Shown here: in pieces, positions 9,048 through 17,666 of the stretch | Numbering within the stretch: the stretch's first letter is position 1 | Layout of the letters: each line of letters starts with the position of its first letter | NCBI GenBank assembly: GCA_035510055.1 | Contig: DATKHV010000099.1 | Coordinates: 29,826-93,825 of the forward strand | From: Candidatus Cybelea sp. | Lineage (GTDB): Bacteria > Acidobacteriota > Terriglobia > Acidiferrales > UBA7541 | DNA length: 64,000 nucleotides | Direction: 5' to 3' | Notes under the pieces: model-generated | What the model saw: only the letters and a program-made list of their open reading frames with translations | What the model was told of the DNA's origin: nothing | Databases searched by the model: none | Position numbers and translations under genes: made by a program

Positions 9048-10817
9048 CTACTGAACCCACTGGTCCCAATGAATGCCCCTAGCGTCCTTCCACGAGACAC
9101 TTGAAGAGTAATGCAGATGCCGCGCGAAGACCTGCGGATTTATCTGCGATAGCCAATCCGCAGCCGCTGACGGCCGGACGTCCTTCGTTGCGTCCGTCGA
9201 AAGATTCGTGATTTGTGCCGCCGCACTCTTCTTCGCTTCCGCCACCCAGCGCGCTTTCACCGCTTGCCAATCGACTTTTTGAAAATCGAAATAGCTCAGT
9301 CCATTGACATTTTCCGGGAAAGCCGCGCGTCCCGTCCGAAACTGCGGCACGGTGCCAAGGCCCGCGGCCGCGGAAGCGTGCGCACGATTCGCAAGCACTT
9401 CACGAAGCGTCTCGACGCCATTGGCGCCCACCAGCATGTCCGGTGTGACCGCCACATTAAAGAAATTCCATTGCGCCGTTCCCGCGCTTCCTTCTTTTCC
9501 TTCCAGCGAAATCTTCAAGAACGTCACATCTCCTTCATTCCGCTCCGCCGTCAATTGCTCGCCCAGCACCGTCCGCATTAGTTTCAGGGTCTCCGCTTTT
9601 TTGCGCACTCCAAAAAAGTAAACCTGCTTTCCCATCTCTAGCGCGGGACTCGTCTGCATCGAAGCAAACTCTCCGCTCAGTAATCCCAAGGCCTCCGGCA
9701 CGGGCATTCCCAGCTTTTGTTGCGCCATCAGATCAAGCAAACCCACGCCCCCTTGCTGCGTCTGCGGAAACGCGGCGCCGGCCACACGTTCGACGGTAGC
9801 GTAGATGCCCAGTAAATCAAGCTGCATGGAATTGTACGAAACGGCTTCCGCCGGCACGAAAGCCAGGGACGCAGGCCTCGGCTGCCCCGCGGACCAAATG
9901 TCAAAGAGCGTTCCGCCTGAAGCATCGCCCAATATCGCCGCTTGCACGTGCGTTTTCGCTCCTTCGAACGTGACGCGCCCGCTCACAGAATGCACCGCGT
10001 CCAGCTTCGCCGCTTCCAGCAATGGACTGACCTCGAGCGGTCCAGCTTTCGAATCGGCCGCAAGGTTTTTCAGATCCGGCACAGCCAGAAAAAATTCCAG
10101 CGAGCCGCTCTCCAAGTTCGCCTTCGCCTCCTGATACGCCGCGGATTGCCCCAGCGTCGCCCCGCCGCTAGCTTTCCCATCGAGCCGCCCCAATAAATCT
10201 TCCATCACTGTTCGCTCACCCGCGCTGACGGCGTACTTCCCATGCTCCGCCCAATACGTGGCGCCGCCCTTGCTTTCCGACTTCACAACTTGCACGCCTC
10301 CGATGCTGACTTGCGAAAGCACTGGCGCTTCCTTCTCTTCCGCCCGCATACGCAGTATCGCTTTCGCAAGCAACAACTCTTTCCCGGTGCGGTCATACAC
10401 AAAAAACATCCCGTTCCACGCCGGCCTTTTTGTATCCGCTGAAACAGCCCCGTTCGAAAGCATTCGTCTCACAGGTTCGCTCACGTATCCCAGCGTGAAC
10501 GAGTTTTCCAGCAGTCCCGCAAATTCCTTCACTTGTTCCGGCGTCAATTTCGCCGCCGCCGGTTTTTCTTCCGACGAACTGAGCATCCCCGCCACGATTG
10601 CCGACCGCACCGGCGCAAAATCCGCATCGTCCCACAGCGCCGCCAGCGCGTTTGCCTTTCTTGCTTCCCCGCCTGGCATACCGTGCCAGGTCACGTAGAA
10701 CAGCGTCCGCGCTGACATCTGCGCCGGCCCCAGCGGAGCTTGCGCTCGCGCCGCACCCGCCCACACCAGCGCCGCCATCGGCAATAGCCACGCCATTCGA
10801 AGTCTCAATGCTTTCAT
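9048..10817 (-). CDS. Hypothetical secreted protein (589 aa)
   Basis: Long ORF. The internal ATG at 10817 gives MKALRLRMAWLLPMAALVWAGAARAQAP (a signal peptide) and is preceded by GGAG. No family recognised. Probably co-transcribed with the VWA-like gene. Confidence 0.6.
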   Translation of the reverse strand: MKALRLRMAWLLPMAALVWAGAARAQAPLGPAQMSARTLFYVTWHGMPGGEARKANALAALWDDADFAPVRSAIVAGMLSSSEEKPAAAKLTPEQVKEFAGLLENSFTLGYVSEPVRRMLSNGAVSADTKRPAWNGMFFVYDRTGKELLLAKAILRMRAEEKEAPVLSQVSIGGVQVVKSESKGGATYWAEHGKYAVSAGERTVMEDLLGRLDGKASGGATLGQSAAYQEAKANLESGSLEFFLAVPDLKNLAADSKAGPLEVSPLLEAAKLDAVHSVSGRVTFEGAKTHVQAAILGDASGGTLFDIWSAGQPRPASLAFVPAEAVSYNSMQLDLLGIYATVERVAGAAFPQTQQGGVGLLDLMAQQKLGMPVPEALGLLSGEFASMQTSPALEMGKQVYFFGVRKKAETLKLMRTVLGEQLTAERNEGDVTFLKISLEGKEGSAGTAQWNFFNVAVTPDMLVGANGVETLREVLANRAHASAAAGLGTVPQFRTGRAAFPENVNGLSYFDFQKVDWQAVKARWVAEAKKSAAAQITNLSTDATKDVRPSAAADWLSQINPQVFARHLHYSSSVSWKDARGIHWDQWVQ

Positions 10818-10991
10818 CAGAAGTCTCCAATGACAACGCGCTAAGGAAAGGGCCAACTTTTCCATGCTAGCGCGCCTCCCCAAACGGCAGAAGCCCTGTC
10901 CCGCTCTGAGTTTCCAGAACGCCGAACAGGGCTTCACCTCGGTCCAGCAAAATAGCGATATTTATCCAGCAAAATTGCGGTATTTAAATCT

Positions 10992-11909
10992 CTACGGTTT
11001 TGTCGGAGTAGCCGCTGGCGGAGGTGCCGCTGCCGCGGGAGCGGCCGCCGCCGGAGCCACCGCCGCCCCGCCTTCTTTCGGCGTCGCCAGGTATCCGGTA
11101 ATCTGATTCTTCCCCACGTCAAACACCACGATCTCGTAAGGCGCCATCCTCGAGCTCCCCTTCACGTAAAACTGCACCGGCTCGCCGGAAGTCTTGTCCT
11201 TCTTTTCTATGGTCTTGTCGTCTGCGATCACCGTCACCGTGTACTTCGCTTTTTTCGGATCTGTCTTGTTCAGCGACATCTGCACCGGCCCCACGCGCTG
11301 CGGCGTCTTGGATTTTTGCAGCGTGAACTCGTAATAGTTCCGGTCGCCGCGCCTCTTCAAGTCTTCCAAGTCGTCGCGGTTGTGCGCGATCAGTCCGCTC
11401 ATCACGTTCATGTCGCCCAGGCTGCGCTCCAGTTTGCCTTTTGTCGTTTCCAGGTCGCTCTTCGTCGCTTCAATGTCTTTCTTCGCCCCGCCCACTTCAG
11501 AGGCCACCGCGCCGATTTTTTCGTCGTTCTCTTTCTGCGCCTGGCTCAGCTGCGCCGTCAACTTCTGGTCCGCTTCCTGCTGCTCCTTGACGATCGTTTC
11601 CGCGCGGCTCTTGGCCCGCGCGATCTCTGATTGCGTCAAGCCCATTCGCTGCGCGGTAATTTCCATCTGGCTCTTCAAATCCGCGATGCGCGAATTGGCC
11701 TGGTCCAGTTGCGCCGTCACAATCTTGTTCTGCTCTTGCTGCTTCGCCAAGTCCTGGCTCAGCCGCGTCTCGGTGGTGTACCCCACAAAGCCCAGCACCG
11801 CCAGCGCGGCAATCACTACGCCAAATAGCACCGCGATCCACCGCGGCGTCCCCGTCGTTTCGTAGCGATACGATTCCTCCGGGCTCGGTATGTTTGGAGA
11901 AATGCTCAT
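10992..11909 (-). CDS. Membrane-anchored coiled-coil protein with Ala/Pro-rich tail
   Basis: 305-aa ORF with a GGAGGAAG RBS before the ATG at 11909. It has one TM helix (WIAVLFGVVIAALAVLGFVGY), about 130 aa of heptad-rich Q/K/E sequence, a globular C-terminal region and the tail AAVAPAAAAPAAAAPPPAATPTKP. Confidence 0.65.
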   Translation of the reverse strand: MSISPNIPSPEESYRYETTGTPRWIAVLFGVVIAALAVLGFVGYTTETRLSQDLAKQQEQNKIVTAQLDQANSRIADLKSQMEITAQRMGLTQSEIARAKSRAETIVKEQQEADQKLTAQLSQAQKENDEKIGAVASEVGGAKKDIEATKSDLETTKGKLERSLGDMNVMSGLIAHNRDDLEDLKRRGDRNYYEFTLQKSKTPQRVGPVQMSLNKTDPKKAKYTVTVIADDKTIEKKDKTSGEPVQFYVKGSSRMAPYEIVVFDVGKNQITGYLATPKEGGAAVAPAAAAPAAAAPPPAATPTKP

Positions 11910-11928
11910 CGACTTCCTCCTCTAGATT

Positions 11929-11986
11929 AGCTGCGACCCCTCATGCGATAGCTGCGACCCCTCATGCGCTATCGCTACGACCCTCG
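11929..11986. repeat. Tandem 21-bp direct repeat (2 near-identical copies plus a degenerate third)
   Basis: agctgcgacccctcatgcgat (11929-11949), agctgcgacccctcatgcgct (11950-11970), then atcgctacgaccctcgag. It lies 20-77 nt upstream of the start of the 10992..11909 gene. Confidence 0.8.
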
Positions 11987-12704
11987 AGTTGTTGACTTGA
12001 AATTATCCTCTGCCCAAGCCCATCTGTCCACTTGGGCCAGGTCTTGCGAACCGGTAGCGGCGTCCTTCCGACGGCGTCCCCGGTGTCGCCGCACCGTCGC
12101 CATCTTTCTTTCCGTTTTTCGCCATAGGGGCGGGGCTTGTTTACTTCGAGGCACCCGCAGGGCCCCGCCGCTATCCATCAGACGTTATCAACCTTGGCCC
12201 CGCAGCGCCTGATTGCAAGTAGCGGTTCACGCTTTTCTGTAAATGACGCGTCAGGGGTCCGAGCTTTGCTGATCGTTCGGAATCTCAGGAAACGGAAAAC
12301 GAATCCAGGGTACCTAAGATGGGTGTTCGTGCATTCCCCGGGAGCTTCTTCCATGCGGTTCACAAAATTTTCGGAATGCATTTCCAGTGTTTTCTACGGA
12401 GTTGCCGCGACTTCACGAGGGATAGGAAAGCAAGAGCTCGCTTCCTCATGCAAGTTCTTTCGTTTCATATCCTTACAAATTCTTTTGCACCCGAGAAAAA
12501 CGCAACCCTTTTCTTTTCAAGCAATTCCGAACTCTTTATGCCAAACACCGGGTGCGGGTGGGGGCCACGTCTTTCAAACCAAAAACTCCTCTCGCTGCTG
12601 TTCGTTTCATCACCAGTTCGCTACATTTTTATTTTTTTACTTCGCGCGTCCCGTGCTCACCGCTCCCTCCTCGTCTTGTGCTAGGCTTACTCGTGAGACC
12701 ACTC

Positions 12705-13847
12705 ATGAACCGCGGATCAGGGTTGCGCATCGGCAAAATTCTTGGTATTCCCATCTATCTCCACTCCACTTGGATTCTCATTTTTGCCGCCATCACCTAT
12801 ATCATCGCCTCGCAGTTCAAGCAGGCCCACCCGCTTTGGTCAGACATGCAGCATTGGACTGTCGGCGTCATCACCAGCCTGCTCTTCTTCGCCTCCGTTC
12901 TCTTCCACGAACTTGCCCACAGCGTGGTGGCCCAGCATTACCAGATTCGCGTCATTTCCATCACACTTTTTCTCTTCGGAGGCTTGGCGCGCATCGAGCG
13001 AGATCCTTCCAAGGCCATTCAGGAATTCAACATCGCCATTGCCGGACCGTTGGCCAGCGGCTTTCTCTCCGCCGCATTTTTTGCCTTGACCCTGCTCTTC
13101 TCTTCTAGCGAGACGGTCAGCGCGCTAGCTACATGGCTCTGCGGTATGAATGCGTTGCTGGCCTTCTTCAATCTCTTGCCGGGATTCCCTCTCGACGGTG
13201 GAAGAATTTTCCGCGCCATTGTTTGGGGCGCTACCAAGAGTTTCGACAAAGCAACGCGCGTCGCGGGCGCCAGCGGCAAAATCATCGCCTACACGATAAT
13301 CCTCTTTGGCGTATGGGGCGTTCTCCATGGCGACATACAAAAGCTGTGGACGGTTTTGATCGGCTGGTTCATTCTGAACGCCGCGCAAGAGAGCGTAGCT
13401 CAGGTGGCCGTCCGGGAAACGTTATCCGGGCTCAGTGCCGCCGACGTCATGAGCAAGGAAGTTCCTACCGTTCCCGGCCACATCACGCTCGAAGAATACA
13501 GCGCCGAAGTCTTGCGCACCGGCCGCCGCGTCCATCTGGTGGTCAACGACGACCGTTTCGTGGGCATGATGAACGTTCACACCCTCAATGCCATCTCGCG
13601 CGAAGAGTGGGCGCACAATTCCGTGCAAGCCGCCATGATCCCGCGCGAGAAAATTCTCTGGACCTCGCCCGACGAGCCTCTTCTGCGTTTGCTCGAACGA
13701 CTCCTGAGCGCCGATGTGAATCAAATGCCCGTGGTGAGCGGAGCCAGCGACGGCGCGCCGCAAATCGTCGGCATCGTCACGCGCGACTCCATTCTCCGCG
13801 TGATGCAAACGCGCACCGAACTCCGTCCTTTGGCCACGAGCAGATAG
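12705..13847 (+). CDS. Site-2 protease family M50 with C-terminal CBS pair
   Basis: The track ORF starts at 12552. The ATG at 12705 (MNRGSGLRIGKILGIPIYLHSTW) is preferred. It has the HELAHS zinc motif, the second motif NLLPGFPLDGGR, and a C-terminal CBS-like region (VMSKEVPTVPGH ... NQMPVVSG...IVGIVTRDSILRV). Confidence 0.9.
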   Translation: MNRGSGLRIGKILGIPIYLHSTWILIFAAITYIIASQFKQAHPLWSDMQHWTVGVITSLLFFASVLFHELAHSVVAQHYQIRVISITLFLFGGLARIERDPSKAIQEFNIAIAGPLASGFLSAAFFALTLLFSSSETVSALATWLCGMNALLAFFNLLPGFPLDGGRIFRAIVWGATKSFDKATRVAGASGKIIAYTIILFGVWGVLHGDIQKLWTVLIGWFILNAAQESVAQVAVRETLSGLSAADVMSKEVPTVPGHITLEEYSAEVLRTGRRVHLVVNDDRFVGMMNVHTLNAISREEWAHNSVQAAMIPREKILWTSPDEPLLRLLERLLSADVNQMPVVSGASDGAPQIVGIVTRDSILRVMQTRTELRPLATSR

Positions 13848-13903
13848 CTGTGCCGGTGAGCGCCGAACTTTTCTAGCCGCTTCTTCTTGGGAGGATAAAG
13901 AAC

Positions 13904-15298
13904 TTAATCCGCAACGGCTGATTGTTCCGCGGTGAAAAGCTTTTTCGCTTCGTTGCGGCGACGCGACTCCAACGTGACGCGCACTCCGTGCCGCGGCCGC
14001 AGCGTAATCGATGCCAGCGGCACCACCGGATGACCCGCCACCAGCCGCAGTCGAAACTTACGCGCGATCGTCGCCAGAACCAGCGTGGCCTCCATCAGCG
14101 CGAACGCATTTCCAATGCACTGGCGCGGCCCGCCGCCAAACGGAAAATAAGCAAACCGCGGCAGCCGTTTGATCAGATCATTCTCCCAACGCTCCGGCAG
14201 GAATTCTTCCGGCGCTTCGTACCAGCGCGGGTCGCGATGCACCACCCATTGCGCCATGGCGACCCCCATGCCCTTGGTAACCGGGTACCCCGCAATTTCG
14301 TGATCCTCAACCACCAGCCGCGCGAGTCCCCAGGCCGGCGGATAAAGCCGCAGCGATTCCGAAATGACGTGCCCGGTGTAAACAAGTTTGGGCAAATCGT
14401 CGAAAGTGGGGGGGCGGTCGCCGAGGACGGCGTGCAATTCCGCATGCAGCTTTGCTTCGGCAGCGGGATTCTGCCCGAGTAGCCACCACGTCCAGGAAAG
14501 CGTGCTCGCAGTTGTTTCGTGTCCCGCCAAGAATAAAGTTATCATCTCGTCGCGAAGCTGGCGGTCGGTCATTTTCGAACCGTCTTCGTCTTGCGCGTGG
14601 AGAAGCATCGACAGCAAATCGCCTGCATCGCGCCCGGAAGCGCGGCGCTCGGCAATAATGCGGTAAAGGATTTTTTCGATTTGCGCCACTTCGCGCTTTA
14701 CGCGCAAATTCGCCGGCGTGGGCAGCCAATGCGGGACAAAAATGGTGCGGCGGAAATTCGCGCCGATTTCGAGGAGCAGCTCCAGAGATTTGCCCACGTC
14801 TTGCGCGTCGCGTTCGACGTCCGCATCGAACAGCGTTTTTCCCACGATCTGCAGCGTCAAGCGCATCATTTCCCGATGGGCGTCGCGTTCTTCTCCGTTT
14901 TTCCATTCCTCCAGCAAGCGTTCCGCATACTCGACCATCGTCTCTGCGTAGGAAGCGATGCGCGCGCGGTGAAATGCGGGTTGCGCGAGGCGCCGCTGGC
15001 GCAGCCAGAAATCGCCTTCGCTGGTCAGCAAACCTTCGCCGAAGACGTGGCGATTCGCGCGAAGCACGCGGCCCTTGATGTAGCGGCGCGCATTGATAAC
15101 CAGCACCTCTTCGATCAGATCCGGATGATTAATGAAAATCGTTTTGAAATTCAGAACGCGCAAGCCGGCGATATCGCCATAGTCGCGCGCGATTCTGGAG
15201 AAATATTCAAGCGGTTTGTTGTTGAGCGGGCCCAGCGACCAGCGTCCGAGCCCTTCAGCAGGACCGGCGGGGAATTTTCTGTGGCTCGAGCTCCACAT
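13904..15298 (-). CDS. Cytochrome P450
   Basis: 464-aa ORF. It has the heme-thiolate loop [14 protein letters not shown], the I-helix [11 protein letters not shown], and ExxR (SESLRLYPP). Confidence 0.9.
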   Translation of the reverse strand: MWSSSHRKFPAGPAEGLGRWSLGPLNNKPLEYFSRIARDYGDIAGLRVLNFKTIFINHPDLIEEVLVINARRYIKGRVLRANRHVFGEGLLTSEGDFWLRQRRLAQPAFHRARIASYAETMVEYAERLLEEWKNGEERDAHREMMRLTLQIVGKTLFDADVERDAQDVGKSLELLLEIGANFRRTIFVPHWLPTPANLRVKREVAQIEKILYRIIAERRASGRDAGDLLSMLLHAQDEDGSKMTDRQLRDEMITLFLAGHETTASTLSWTWWLLGQNPAAEAKLHAELHAVLGDRPPTFDDLPKLVYTGHVISESLRLYPPAWGLARLVVEDHEIAGYPVTKGMGVAMAQWVVHRDPRWYEAPEEFLPERWENDLIKRLPRFAYFPFGGGPRQCIGNAFALMEATLVLATIARKFRLRLVAGHPVVPLASITLRPRHGVRVTLESRRRNEAKKLFTAEQSAVAD

Positions 15299-15346
15299 AC
15301 AGCAATGCTAAGCCCGCGTTCGGATGGCGTCAACGCGCGTAAATTC

Positions 15347-15928
15347 TTAATCGCAGGAGGTCTCGCGGGCGCGAAGCGCGCGGATCCGAAAGCCGCCGCG
15401 GCGGAGATCGACCGTCACCTTTGAAAATCCCGCGGCCGTCAATCTTGCCAAGGCGGACGCCGGCATCACCGGCACAAAGGTGCTCTTGATGTGCCCGATT
15501 CGATGCAACCATCCATCTGGAATTTCAAACGCAAGGAAGACGCCTCCAGGCCGAAGCACGCGCCAAATTTCCGCAAAAGCGCGATCTTGCAGTTCGCTCG
15601 AACGCAAATGATGGAGCATCAAGATGGCAATGGCCGAGCAGAAAGTCCCATCGGCAAACGGCAGAGTAGCGGCATCGCCCTGAATCACCGTCACACCCGT
15701 GCAATGGACGCGCACAGCCAGCTTGGCCGCAAATGCGTGGTCGTACTCCAGACTCGTCACGCGGCCAGCGAGGCGCCCCAACTCCTCCGTGGCGGCTCCC
15801 AATCCGGCACCCAGCTCCAGAATGTGCTCGCCTAGCTGGGAGCCCTTTGAAATCCAGGGCAAGACTTGCCGCCACGTCAACCATCGCCAAAGCCGCGTCC
15901 CGCAAAACCATGTTTCATAGGCGTTCAT
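15347..15928 (-). CDS. Class I SAM-dependent methyltransferase
   Basis: 193-aa ORF. Motif I is ILELGAGLGAATEEL, and there is a downstream VLRPGGVFLAFE. It lies 48 nt upstream of the P450 gene on the same strand. Confidence 0.75.
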   Translation of the reverse strand: MNAYETWFCGTRLWRWLTWRQVLPWISKGSQLGEHILELGAGLGAATEELGRLAGRVTSLEYDHAFAAKLAVRVHCTGVTVIQGDAATLPFADGTFCSAIAILMLHHLRSSELQDRAFAEIWRVLRPGGVFLAFEIPDGWLHRIGHIKSTFVPVMPASALARLTAAGFSKVTVDLRRGGFRIRALRARETSCD

Positions 15929-16124
15929 AGTCCAAAGTTTGGATTTCGAGAATTAATCATCTTGGCGATTTTCATCCGTTGGCCACTCGCCAAGTCGAAG
16001 CGACCCTGGCAACAGGCCTACGGAGGCCTCGGATACCTGGGACGCCTCCCCTCGGCCCCGGATTGCTGGTGATCCGCGGAAACGCTTTCTGGTGAATTGC
16101 CATGCGGTCCCCTGACAAGTATAG

Positions 16125-17483
16125 CTAAAGCATTGTCCGGATGCGGCGGAGAGCGGAAGCGAATTGGTCGGCGTTATAGGAGGAGGGATTTTCGAGTTGC
16201 TGGAAGAGAGCGTTGATGGCGGCGCGGACTTCGGAGGCGTTGGCGGGCTTGGCGTCTTTGCCGTAGGCGATGTAGAGCGAATCCATGGCCATGGCGGCTT
16301 GCTCGGCGGCGCGCTCGTCGGCCAGGGCAATATTTTCGGCATCATCGGGGATGCGTTGCAGCAAGCGCAGAGCTACGGCCTGATCGTATTGCATGGTTGC
16401 CAACCGCTCGGCAATTCGCTGAGCCAAAGGTGCGGCGGCTGAGGCGGCGGCGGCCACCACGGTGCGATCCGGATTCAGCTTGCTCATTTCGTCGGAAACG
16501 GAGAGCAACTGACGATCCAGATCCATGGCACTCGCGGAGTCAATCTGTTTTGCGAGCAGACGGAAAACCACATAGCGGGAGCTGTTCCAGGCCGGATCGC
16601 CCGGGCGACGGTCGATGTAGGCGTGCTCTTGCCGCCAACTCTCTTTGGCCGGGCCTAGCGCGTGATGGCACGCGAAACAGGAAAGCTCGGAATATTCCGG
16701 CCAAACATCTTTTTTGTCGAAGCGCTCATTTCTCGCGCGCCAGGTCAAGCGGTCCATCGCCGCGCGCAATTGCACGGCTTGGCCCGCGCTCCACTCGCGC
16801 ACTCCGACCCATGCGGCATCCTCGACTGGTTTGCCCGGATCTGACTCGCGCGGCGATTTCCAGTGACGCGGCATTACCGCAGAAAACGAGTCCAGTTCAA
16901 AATAAAGATCCGGATGCCCGGCAGCGAGCATCTCGTGATCCACAAATTTATTTTTCGTTCCGAGATGGCATTCGAGACATTTTTCCGTGCGGTGAATCAC
17001 ATCTCGAGTGTCGTGCATTCCCAAGGCGACGGATTTTTCATGCGCCCAGGTTCTTGTGGCGTGCGGTCCTAGCCAAGCCGATGCCGGACCGTGGCAGTTT
17101 TCGCAGGACACGCCTTCGGAAATTTCGAACGCCCGACCGCGCTGCTCAACTCGGGGATTCAGCGCGTGGCACGCCAAGCACTTCGGCGCTTCTTCTGCTT
17201 TCGCTCCGAGCTTCAAGATCCGGGCCATGCGCTCGCCGACATCGCCCAATAACGCTTGGTAAGCGCGGCTGTGTTTGTCCTGGATGATCCAGGTGGAATA
17301 TTCATTCTGCAAAATACGGCTGTCGGCGATGGGCTTCACGCTTCCGTGACAACTCGTCGCCGCACACGAACCCGGTCCGATGTATTGGATGGGTTCATTT
17401 TGCGCCGAAAGAAGCGCCGGAAACGTCATGAACCATGCGCAAGCAAGCACGCGGAGCAAACAGGAGTTTAAGGCGATGCGCAT
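16125..17483 (-). CDS. Secreted multiheme cytochrome c (4 CxxCH plus 1 CxxxxCH) with helical C-terminal domain
   Basis: The track ORF starts at 17585. The ATG at 17483 (MRIALNSCLLRVLACAWFMTFPALLSAQ, a signal peptide) is preferred. Heme motifs are CAATSCH (CX4CH), CLACH, CENCH, CLECH and CFACH. Confidence 0.85.
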   Translation of the reverse strand: MRIALNSCLLRVLACAWFMTFPALLSAQNEPIQYIGPGSCAATSCHGSVKPIADSRILQNEYSTWIIQDKHSRAYQALLGDVGERMARILKLGAKAEEAPKCLACHALNPRVEQRGRAFEISEGVSCENCHGPASAWLGPHATRTWAHEKSVALGMHDTRDVIHRTEKCLECHLGTKNKFVDHEMLAAGHPDLYFELDSFSAVMPRHWKSPRESDPGKPVEDAAWVGVREWSAGQAVQLRAAMDRLTWRARNERFDKKDVWPEYSELSCFACHHALGPAKESWRQEHAYIDRRPGDPAWNSSRYVVFRLLAKQIDSASAMDLDRQLLSVSDEMSKLNPDRTVVAAAASAAAPLAQRIAERLATMQYDQAVALRLLQRIPDDAENIALADERAAEQAAMAMDSLYIAYGKDAKPANASEVRAAINALFQQLENPSSYNADQFASALRRIRTML

Positions 17484-17593
17484 TCGGTGTGCCGGTGAGT
17501 CTGCTTGCTTATATCGTGTGCGGCGCGCGGAAGTCAACGGGCCGCGTTGTCTTTTTCGCGTCGCGTCGCAAAAAGGCAAACGCATTCTATTTA

Positions 17594-17608
17594 CAGCAGA
17601 CTCTGCTG
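17594..17608. promoter_or_regulatory. 7-bp perfect inverted repeat in the divergent cytochrome/nuoEF-like intergenic region
   Basis: cagcaga-c-tctgctg at 17594-17608, between the divergent starts at 17483 (-) and 17667/17700 (+). Candidate operator. No known consensus recognised. Confidence 0.3.
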
Positions 17609-17666
17609 CCAGTAGTATGCAGAGGACTCAGCACGCCACTTTGCGCCGCGCATCCTTTCCGAGAAA

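Noticed and set aside
12003-12125. 40-codon minus-strand ORF (MAKNGKKDGDGAATPGTPSEGRRYRFARPGPSGQMGLGRG) in the long intergenic gap
   Set aside because: There is no Shine-Dalgarno sequence upstream, the composition is low-complexity, and there is no support beyond being open.
12137-13108. 323-aa + strand ORF running from the long intergenic gap into the M50 protease gene
   Set aside because: It is out of frame with the M50 gene, which has HELAHS and NxxPxxxLDG motifs. Its composition is low-complexity and Ser/Pro/Arg/His-rich, with no RBS. It was not accepted as coding.
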